Source: Rhizodiscina lignyota (taxonomy: Eukaryota). From it: a stretch of DNA of 64,000 nt. A program made the position numbers and the translations under genes. The notes beneath the pieces are model-generated. The model did no database searches. It had not been told where the DNA came from and saw only the letters and a list, made by a program, of their open reading frames with translations. Below are positions 46,448 to 55,800 of the stretch, in pieces; the stretch's first letter is position 1; every line of letters starts with the position of its first letter. Location of the stretch: positions 1,488,001 to 1,552,000 of the forward strand of contig ML978128.1 in assembly GCA_010015805.1 (NCBI GenBank), given 5' to 3'.

Positions 46448-48853
46448 ATGGACGATGATATGAGTGACATCTCACCTCAAATATCAAGAGTACAGCCGCC
46501 ACAGTTGGAGCTCAAATGGTCGTCTCAGTTCACCGTCTCCTCTTCCTCTCACCCCTCCAGACTACCAGGCGATAAGCTTAACCTTCCTCCCTCCGCCCTA
46601 GAAGCGCTCCTCGCCGCCGCACCAACCACAGTAACCGATGCGCCGAGCAATCGCTCATATACCTCGACCTTTGACCCCGGCAATCCGTACACATATGCTG
46701 CAGAAAGAGCAGCGCGCGCACAGTTTCAAGAGCATCAGAAGCAGCTACCACAACCGCTGACCTTTCGCCTCGTCAATCCACAGAATGACAGGATCATCTA
46801 CGCGGGCATCCGGGAGTTTTCGGCAGAGGAGGGCGAAATTGAGCTGAGCGCATTCTTGAGGGAGGCTTTGGACATACAGAGTGAAGTAGCGGTGCAGGAC
46901 ACAAGCGCGGAACGCAGTGACGGCGAGGATGAAACAATGTCAAATGGGATTCGTGCCACAGGACCTCGGATCACAGTCCATGCAGCACAATTACCGAAAG
47001 GAACATTTGTGAAGTTACGACCACTCGAGGCTGGTTATGATCCGGAAGATTGGAAGGCTCTGCTAGAACAGCATCTTCGCGCCAATTTCACGACGCTCAC
47101 CCACGGCGAGGTTCTAAGCGTCCCGAGCGGCAAGAGTGAATATAGATTCCTGGTCGATGGATTCAAGCCTGAAGGTGACGGCATCTGCATCGTGGACACA
47201 GATATTGAGGTCGACATCGAAGCTTTGAACGAGGAGCAGGCACGCGAAACAGTAAAGCGTATCGCCGAGAAGGCGAGGAAGGCACCGGGAACAGAGCACG
47301 GCAGCAGTGTAGGAGGAGACCTGTCAATACATGGAAAGAGTGTGGAAGGCCAGGTCATCAGCGGAGATTATGTGGATTATCAAATCCCGTCGTGGCCGCG
47401 AGATCATGGCGTAGAGATTGAGTTGAGTGTATCAGACGACGAAGACGAGATTGACCTCTATGTCTCCCCGTTCGGCGCACGACAACGCATACGGCCCCGA
47501 GAAGACGAATATCTGTGGGCGGAGACGAGCAGTCGATACCCTAAACGTATAAGACTTTCTCCCACAAATGTTGAATTGGAAGAAGCCGAGGCGATATACA
47601 TCTCCGTACATGCCTTCCAGCCAGCTTCTCAATTGGACGAGTCTGTAACCTCAGCAGCACCGAAGCGTTTCACTCTACGCGCCTCTGTTTTCGATGCAAA
47701 GTTGTCTCTACCCTCCGAACACTCTGACCCAGCATCCTCTGCTACGCCTCCAACCCCAGGCGATGTTCAATGCAAGAATTGCCATCAGTGGCTTCCTTCT
47801 GCTTCCCTAATTCTCCACGAGAACTTCTGTCTCCGCAACAACATCCTCTGCCCACATGGCTGTGGCCGTGTTTTCCAGAAGCGCTCCGAAACCTTCAAGA
47901 ATCATTGGCACTGCGAAGAATGCCCCGACCCCGCGCACACATATGGCGATACAGCGCTCAGCAAGCTGAAGCACGACCAACTCACTCACACACCCGCAAC
48001 TTGTCCCGACGCATCATGTGGTATGACGCTCCCCAGTGTCGCTGCGCTCGCGCAGCATCGCGTGACAGAGTGCCAGGGCAAGATGATACTATGTCAATTT
48101 TGCCACCTACAAGTACCGCAGGGTGTTGCGGATGACCCTTCTGTGCTAGCAGAATGTCTCATGTCCAATCTAACGCCACACGAGCTCGCGGACGGTGCTA
48201 GGACGACAGAGTGCCATCTCTGCGGCAAAATCGTACGTTTGCGGGATATGCGTACACACCTTCTCAATCACGAACTTGAGAAGAAGTCTCGCCTCGCGCC
48301 AAGGGTGTGCAGAAACGTCAATTGTGGTCGCACGCTAGACGGTGTGAACAAGAGTGGAGATACGCGCGCAGGCACTAGGATGGGCAATGGCCCGGGCAAC
48401 GATGTCGGCCTCTGTTCGACGTGCTTTGGTCCGTTGTACGTCAGCATGTACGATCCTGATGGAAAGGCCTTGAAGCGACGCGTCGAGCGGCGCTATCTGT
48501 CCCAACTTCTCCAGGGATGCGGAAAGTCCTGGTGTCGAAATCAGTTCTGTAAAACGGGCCGCACGCACATGGATGTCTCGCCCGCGGCAGTGCCGACGAA
48601 GGATGCGCTGCCGATGATCAGGCCGTATTTGGATGCGCTGCTGGTCAAGGTGGCTGAGGGTGATGAGGCGGATTTGAAACCGCTACATTTTTGTGTGGAT
48701 GAAGGTAGCCAGAAGAGGAGGGCGTTGGCCGAGATGCTTGCTGCGGAGGGAGTGTATAGATTTGAGTGGTGTGTTGCTGCGTTGGAAGTAGAGGGAGGGA
48801 AGATTGATGGTGCAAGATCGTGGTTAGAGGGATGGGCTCCAAGGAAGGTTTAA
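46448..48853 (+). CDS. UFD1-domain protein with tandem zinc fingers, an AZUL-like motif and a UBA-like tail
   Basis: UFD1 motifs GDKLNLPPSAL, AGIREFSAEEG, LPKGTFVKLRP and LRANFTTLTHG; CKNC...HENFC, CQFC and CHLC...H...H fingers; YLSQLLQGCGKSWCRNQFC; WCVAALE...ARSWL. Confidence 0.9.
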   Translation: MDDDMSDISPQISRVQPPQLELKWSSQFTVSSSSHPSRLPGDKLNLPPSALEALLAAAPTTVTDAPSNRSYTSTFDPGNPYTYAAERAARAQFQEHQKQLPQPLTFRLVNPQNDRIIYAGIREFSAEEGEIELSAFLREALDIQSEVAVQDTSAERSDGEDETMSNGIRATGPRITVHAAQLPKGTFVKLRPLEAGYDPEDWKALLEQHLRANFTTLTHGEVLSVPSGKSEYRFLVDGFKPEGDGICIVDTDIEVDIEALNEEQARETVKRIAEKARKAPGTEHGSSVGGDLSIHGKSVEGQVISGDYVDYQIPSWPRDHGVEIELSVSDDEDEIDLYVSPFGARQRIRPREDEYLWAETSSRYPKRIRLSPTNVELEEAEAIYISVHAFQPASQLDESVTSAAPKRFTLRASVFDAKLSLPSEHSDPASSATPPTPGDVQCKNCHQWLPSASLILHENFCLRNNILCPHGCGRVFQKRSETFKNHWHCEECPDPAHTYGDTALSKLKHDQLTHTPATCPDASCGMTLPSVAALAQHRVTECQGKMILCQFCHLQVPQGVADDPSVLAECLMSNLTPHELADGARTTECHLCGKIVRLRDMRTHLLNHELEKKSRLAPRVCRNVNCGRTLDGVNKSGDTRAGTRMGNGPGNDVGLCSTCFGPLYVSMYDPDGKALKRRVERRYLSQLLQGCGKSWCRNQFCKTGRTHMDVSPAAVPTKDALPMIRPYLDALLVKVAEGDEADLKPLHFCVDEGSQKRRALAEMLAAEGVYRFEWCVAALEVEGGKIDGARSWLEGWAPRKV

Positions 48854-49376
48854 AGTAGCCTGTTGTTCACGCTGCAGAATGGAGACGTTGAGCATGTATG
48901 ATAGGATGAGTTGAGCGTATCGATTTGAATGAAGCTCGGTGCTCCAATTGGAGCACCAAGGGCACTTGAGTAGCAAGAATCGAAGTGGAATACCTCAGAA
49001 AAATACTCCTCTATCATCGCCAGCCGCGTGATGAAGATGTATTCAAGCATGACAAGTCCGCCGCTCTTGGACGGGCTCGCGAGGTGATTCGAGCAACGGC
49101 TCTTTGATGCTACCTTTGAAGAATCTCGGGCGGCGGTTAGGGACTCCAACGTTTTGGACTGAAGAATTGATTGTGAGAGACGACAATACTGCTGAATTTC
49201 TTATCAAAAGTCAGGAGACACTTCTCTTTACGCTTGATCGTGTTAACTTCCTACTTTGATCCGCATATGGCTATCAGCTCTACACTAGCATCACTAAATG
49301 AAGAAAGATACTATTCGTATTATCTTCGTCACGATCTCAAAGACTACCCGTATCCTTGAATAGGCTTCCAGAGCGG

Positions 49377-50329
49377 CTATGAGCTACTGTCTATTCGGTC
49401 AGTAACCTCATAACTCACCTTACTTACCCCCTTCGCCCTTTTGATATTCCTCACTACCACACGGCCCACATCTAATGTTGTCCCTACATGCGTCCCACCG
49501 CAAGGATACGCTCCCAAGCCTACTACCTCCATTGCTCTCGCCTGCTTCTTTCCATCTTCTATCTCCTCAAGCAGACCGTCGATACTCTCCGTTACATTCG
49601 CACATCGTGTTCTTAGCTCCCCTTCCTCCCACCAGTGGCATTGCACCGGTAGGTCTGCTGCAACAATCTCATCACACCGAGATTGGATGGCAGCTTTAGC
49701 ATCGCCTGGGATGAGCCCTTTGAACTCCACAAACGCCGCGCCGGGGTAATGCGATGCTTTCAATTCCTCTATCTCCGGAAGCAGCGCCTTGCCATCGTCT
49801 GGCGTGGGGAACAACACAATTGTCGAGGCAGGAGGCGCACTGGCAGACGCAGAGAGCGAGCGTATCGCCAGGCTCAGGAGGTGTCCGGCGGTATGGATCC
49901 GCGAGTGCAACAGACGCGTTGCCTCGTCCACCCGCTGCGTTATCTCCACCTCGGTCTTGAAGTTCTGTCCGTCCTTGAAGTTGCCCAGATGCAGCACGCG
50001 ATGATTGGGCGCATGCCGAACGGACAGGACGTCGAACTCGACGCCCGGAGCGCTCATGGCGCCCACATCGCTCGGCTGCCCTCCGCCCTGGGCGTGGAAG
50101 ATCGTCGACTTGGTCTCGACTACATAGGAGGACGGACAGACATCTTGGGACTTGAATATGGCGCGGTCCGGGTCAAGGGCGTACGGGAAGGGTGTGCAGG
50201 CGGTGAGAGTGGTGGAGGTCGTGTACAGCTTATCGTCATGCTGGTAGATGAGGTGACATAGTTTCTGAAAAGGATTAGCAGGTCAGTCAGTTGGAGCAAG
50301 GGAGGAAATGGATTTACGTTTGAAGACAT
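49377..50329 (-). CDS. Free-standing alanyl-tRNA editing protein AlaX (AlaXp), 2 exons
   Basis: Exon 50329-50318 (MSSN); intron 50317-50265 (GTAAAT...GCTAAT...CAG); exon 50264-49377. Motifs TIFHAQGGGQPSD, HTAGH (HxxxH) and CGGTH (CxxxH). In-frame upstream ATG at 50389. Confidence 0.92.
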
Positions 50330-50588
50330 GCTGGCGAATGTTCGAGTGAAAGTTGAATTGCAGCAGGCGCGAACCAATCGCGTTGTCATCTGACTGAAAT
50401 GTGCATATGTACGGTGAACACACACGTAACTGAGTCGGATTCTCAAATAGTCACACCGCATGCCCAAATCCTTGTCTTCCGGTGTAGGAAAATTTCCAAT
50501 TTGTGCAAAATCCTTCCTAGGCAACTTCCATATCCTCCCTTACCCTCGAGCTGTTCGTCAATTGAGCAATATCAGATTCCGCTCCAGG

Positions 50589-51373
50589 ATGGCCGCCAGC
50601 TCGACTATCCTGGGCTCGGACCAGGAAAACGGCCCAGTATATTTCTGGAGGGAGTTTGAAGAGCCGCATGGATATCTGTCACAGTGGTATGAATGCTCTT
50701 TCGAGCACCAGGGAACGACTTACCGCTCCACGGAGATGTGGATGATGGTACAGAAGGCAGTTCTATTTGGTGATGAGGTTTGTGCATTTCGATGCCAACA
50801 TGGAGTAGCGGCTTGACCATTCTCTACAGTCATGCCATACGAATATTTCATTTTTACTCGTACTTTACAAGTCTAACAATAAAATTCTGATGTTACTCTT
50901 TGTTCAGGAAGTTGCACAAGCCATCCGTGAAGCTACAACGCCAGGAGAAATGAAAGCGTTAGGAAGGAAGGCCAAAGGCTTTGATAGGAAGAAATGGGAC
51001 GAGCGTGCGTGGCGTCTTCAGGCACTCTTCTGACCTACTGTATGAGTTGCTAATTATTTACTAGACAAGAGCAGGATTGTCGAAGAAGGAAACTGGTGGA
51101 AGTTCACCGTGAGCAAGGAGAAGCATCAAATCAAAGAAGCACTTCTGGCAACTGGGGATCGGGAAATAGTAGAGGTTCGGCTCTTCAATGCCGGATCGAT
51201 TCATTTTCATGCTGACGTTCTCTTCAAAGGCATCACCCGAGGACAGGATCTGGGGCATTGGCTTCCACGCCGCAAACGCACATGAGAATCGCGCGGAGTG
51301 GGGCGAGAATCTGCTTGGGCTCGCGTTGATGAATGTGCGCAGGAGGATAAGGGAACAAGAGTCACATCTTTGA
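50589..51373 (+). CDS. NADAR / YbiA-family N-glycosidase (DUF1768), 4 exons
   Basis: Exons 50589-50777, 50908-51004, 51065-51174, 51230-51373. Motifs YLSQWY, MMVQKAVLFGD, KALGRK, LLATGDREIVEASPEDRIWGIG and WGENLLGLALM. In-frame upstream ATG at 50460. Confidence 0.93.
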
Positions 51374-51475
51374 TGAGAAAGGGATGCAAGCCATGATGCC
51401 AGTGAGCCACTCACTGAAGGTTCCTTAATTTTCCCGCTAATAACGCTACACAAAGTACAACACAAACCAAAGAAT

Positions 51476-52894
51476 CTAGTTCGAAGCTGATGCATCAGGC
51501 TTCTTCAGCGGCTCGACTTCCACTGGATTCTTTTCAAGGCTCTCATAGAGCTGAATCAAAGAGCCAAGCAAAAATGCCCAGCTGCCCCAGAATGTACTGC
51601 AAGCCGCCTGATACTGCGCCCAGTAATGCGTATCGAACCCAAACGCCGGTGAAAGTGTAAAGCCAATACCACCTATGAGATTCCACAGGCCGATGTGCCA
51701 GCCCAGCACGTCTACCGCTGGCAAATACCATTTCTTCTGAGTCTCGATCATGAAGAGAGTGCCTGAGATGATGAAGCCAGTGCCTCCAATAACCTGAGGT
51801 GCCCAGTATACACCGTCAGTCAAGCCGGGGCTCATCTTGTTGAAAATACCGGGGAGGGCAGTGAAGCCAGCTATCCAGAAAATCGTGGCGCCGCAAAGTT
51901 GGGAGAGACACGCCAGAAAGCCTAGCTCGTGCAAATAGTGTGACTTGAGGTCCTGCCAGGAAGGAAACCAGACCCATGCTTTGCCGGCATCTTCCTCTTG
52001 CTGCTCAGCGCGCGCCTCCGCATGCGCTTGGCTTTCAGCAGCAGGTTGCTGTTCTTCGTGCCTCAAATGTCTCTTCGCCTTTCCAACTAAATTGCCCCTG
52101 TTTCGGTGATGGTGCGTACATCCGTCGTCCAGGTCAGGTTCAACCCGCCAGAGCGGTCGTTTCTCCTCATCGGTGCTAGATGGACTCCGTGGCACCTGTG
52201 GAGATTCGGGGGCTTCGTTCTGCATATGGTCCAGTTGTTGTTGCGTCTTCTCGCTCCTGTTATTCTGTTCATATAGTTTCCTAATCGCCCATCCGAAGCA
52301 GCCGGTGCGGTTCTCATTGACGGCTTCCAGCATCAGAAGGAAACTGCCAATTTCGAACACCGTTGCTCCAATAAATGCTGTAATTCCTCCACCATACAGA
52401 GTCTCGTTTTTGAATACGGAATATTCATCAACTTCCGGTAGAAAGGCGAAGAAGCCATTGATGACCCATATTATGCTGCCCCATGTGAAGACATATGCGA
52501 CAAGCCAGGAGATATCCCACACGGGATAATATGTGACCATCCTCCACATCACCCTCAGCATATGTTTGATAGTATTAGTCGACTCGGGGCAAGCATATGT
52601 TGCTTCAGAGGCGGCGGTCGCGGGTTCAATCAGCAGCTGATGTCGCCCCTTGCGGTTGTTTCGGGACGTCCAACTGAAGCCGATATCAGCTGCTGGTTGC
52701 GTAGCATGCTGTTCGTATGCCGGTGGAGGAGGCTCCTCGCCATCTTTCAACTCGTGAAGAGCGGATCCGACGTGGTTGTAGTGTGCTCTTGTCGGATTGA
52801 GAAAAGAGAAAGGTCCGCTTGCGCTGTGTAACCGGAGCGCTTGGTTCGAAGACAGTGGCTCCCGCTCCGGTCTGAATTTGGTGCCTCGAGACAT
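51476..52894 (-). CDS. Conserved fungal integral membrane protein (YrhK-like repeated TM modules)
   Basis: 472-aa ORF with two blocks of Trp/Gly-rich TM helices (WLVAYVFTWGSIIW; WNLIGGIGF; FWGSWAFLLGS) around a hydrophilic loop. Confidence 0.82.
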   Translation of the reverse strand: MSRGTKFRPEREPLSSNQALRLHSASGPFSFLNPTRAHYNHVGSALHELKDGEEPPPPAYEQHATQPAADIGFSWTSRNNRKGRHQLLIEPATAASEATYACPESTNTIKHMLRVMWRMVTYYPVWDISWLVAYVFTWGSIIWVINGFFAFLPEVDEYSVFKNETLYGGGITAFIGATVFEIGSFLLMLEAVNENRTGCFGWAIRKLYEQNNRSEKTQQQLDHMQNEAPESPQVPRSPSSTDEEKRPLWRVEPDLDDGCTHHHRNRGNLVGKAKRHLRHEEQQPAAESQAHAEARAEQQEEDAGKAWVWFPSWQDLKSHYLHELGFLACLSQLCGATIFWIAGFTALPGIFNKMSPGLTDGVYWAPQVIGGTGFIISGTLFMIETQKKWYLPAVDVLGWHIGLWNLIGGIGFTLSPAFGFDTHYWAQYQAACSTFWGSWAFLLGSLIQLYESLEKNPVEVEPLKKPDASASN

Positions 52895-55800
52895 TATGGT
52901 GTCTTATTGCCGTGTTTGAAGGTAGTTGTAGTGCGCGCTGGCGCCTCTCGGCGGGAGGTGGTTTATGGGGTTCAAGATCGTGAGGTGACCGTGAGATGAT
53001 GACGGGGTCGTGAATAATCAGGGGCTCAGGGCAAGCGGGGACCCGCGACTCGCATTAAACACCGGAAATTATCATAAAGAGGACACGTTAGGTCTGATGT
53101 GCAAGCAATTGGAAGTAAAGAATGAAGGAGTTTCCCCGCAGGACGAAGACACTCTAGATCAAATATCGCGACGTCGTTGCGCTTCCAAGGAATTCTCGAC
53201 GTTCTTCGCCGCTTGGCCGGGGCGCTAAAAAGCTTGATTCAGGTCCCGATCGGGGCAAAGGTTAAAGTGTCTGTACCGTCTTGGTGAATATCGTCCAAAA
53301 GAAGCTAAGCGTTTGTTTGTTTCATGATCTCATGTCAGCGGGAGGGCTGGAGCTGCTAAGATGTTCGAAGGTTCTGCTCGCCTTGAAAGTGGATCTAGAT
53401 CTTTCAGCTCAAGAAAAGTGGTTAAGAGACAAGTATAATTAAATACAACGACGAATCAAGAAGATTTCTTTTGAAATCTCCTCAGAATATCCTTGACGTT
53501 TTGGCTTTAGCATGAGAGCGAGGATTGGAAGGCTAGAGCGGGTGGATGGACATTATAACAGCTGCTCATTCTCCATCTCGATCTGGCTTCCATAGGCCGA
53601 AGTTACTCCGATCCTCGACGTCTTTCACAAGCCCTTCACGATTCTGGAGACAACGCACGTCTACCTTCCACCGCGACACGTCCAAATGTTCTCTTACCTG
53701 CTCTGCGTTTTGGAATCCACTGCTGAAGCTGAACATATATGGTATGACAACTGCAAGATTCTACTGACGCGAAGAGACGACTTCTCGTATATGTCCTCGC
53801 GTGGAACCTGACGCGTCACTGGAGTAACCTCTTTTTGGCTTGATTCGTCGAATAGTACTTTCTGTGTCTCTCTATTACGCGACTCGCCTGATTTTCATAT
53901 GCTTCACAGTGTTCTTGTTTGGAATATCGCAACGTCTCTCGTAATTCCAATGGTGTAGGACACATTCGGCACCGAGGGGCGAATCTCACGACTCGATTAT
54001 TCTCGACTCAGCACCGGCCGCTATTTCCGCGCTTCTAAGCATCCCGTGCTATATCACCGGAAGCCTGGAAGCGGATCTGCTACGCCGTGGAGCAGAATTC
54101 CGTGGTACCTGGCGCGTGATCGTTGTCTCCCGTATGCGTACCTGAGGGTCTTCGTCCTCAGAGCCTCATGGTTCGGCCCCGAGAAACAGGATAGCGTTCA
54201 GATTCCTTGACCCCACGATCCGAATCTCGCTGAGTCGCATTATAGAAGTCGCGAAGGGCTATGCCATATGCACGGCTGTTGCATGGCATTGGTGGTGGAG
54301 GCAACGCTCGTCTGCAACTATCGACCTTCGGCACCGAGACACAAACGATGATTCTACTCTTCCAGTGTCACGATGAGAGTTGTTGAGTCAACCCCTGGCA
54401 TATCGCAAAGCGGGTGCTCCCATATGCAGGGCTCGTCGCGTGGCGTCTGCCTGCAACAAGGAGAAGACTCCGAATGATCCTCTTCGGGACCGAGAGCGAA
54501 GGCACAGAGCTTCTTATCCTCAAATCTGGATATCACGGATTTTCTGCAGGGCTCATCGCGTGGTGTGCAGGCTCTGTCAGGGGTTTCCCACATGGCCAAC
54601 TTGCTTGCAGCCAATTTCGGCTCCGAAGCTCTGCTCAACTTTCCGCATCAGAACTTGTCTGCCAAACTGGGAAGTACACGAGAGTCTGGAGAGTCTAGAG
54701 CATCTGCAGAGTGGAGTTAACTCCGGTTGACATCTTACATATCGAACGACTTCATCAACTTTCATGCCCGCTGCACGCTTCGACATTTCTTCAACCTCGC
54801 TGCGGTCCTCGGAAACTTTGGAGCGACAACGGCTGTGTCCACGACATTGCAGAACATGGAGCGATCCAGTTGTTGTTCTGCACGTCTTACGTGTAAAGTG
54901 AATGTCGAATGATTTTCGCTTTAGTTCATGTCCATCGTGCATCGCTTCCACTATTGCGGCTCGAGGAATAACCATTTGCTGGCGATAATGCCAAGATAAG
55001 CACCCGCTGCTATGTGCTATCAATCATCCGGTGGAGACTGCACCAGGCGCCGATAAATTATTAGCTGCGATTTTTGTAATGCTTCTAACATATCTGGCAC
55101 TGATATTCGCAGATTGAAGCCCTGATCGACGGAATGCATGGCAGTCGGCGTGGTGACCCGGAGCGCTTTGAGATCGAAGGCCGACGGTCTCCACAGCCCC
55201 GTCACTCGCCTGTCCGCCCACCAACGAGGCTCTTTGAAGACATTCCAACACCCTGTTACACTTCTGTCCAGGTCGCAACGATGTGCACTTTTGGCAGTCT
55301 ACATTCAAGATGCGATAAGATCTCAAATTCATCATGCAGGCTTCGGAGTCCGTCTCCAGACCCAGAATATTTCCTGCACTATTCTAAAGATGGACTCCAC
55401 CGCTTGAGCCTTGCAAAGATATGATTTCATCTTATACATACATACAGCCTCAGTGTTCGAAAGCATCCTGCAATTTTAGCAGGCGGTCGAGGATATGATG
55501 GCATGGCTGCTTAGAAAGCCAACGTGACCGCATGGATTCGACAGGCACCTGAAACACAGCTACTATTTTCCGCTGTATAGCCATACGATAAACCTCCACT
55601 AATTTCAGCTCGGGGGCACTTAGTGAACAAGGGTTGGCGCATCATTGACCAGGTTACCTGTCGCTGCACGAATAAGCACGCAGTGTGACGACCGCTGACG
55701 ACGGTTGAATGGGATCCGAAGTCTCATGTCAGCACTTTATGTCGCTTTAGACCACGGTCGACATGGCAAAGGCACTCTGGGGCATGCGCGATGCTGCAAG

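Noticed and set aside
50778..50907. Stwintron (intron nested in a splice site) in NADAR intron 1
   Set aside because: The nested-donor reading shifts the frame of exon 2, and the nested-acceptor reading lacks the required bases.
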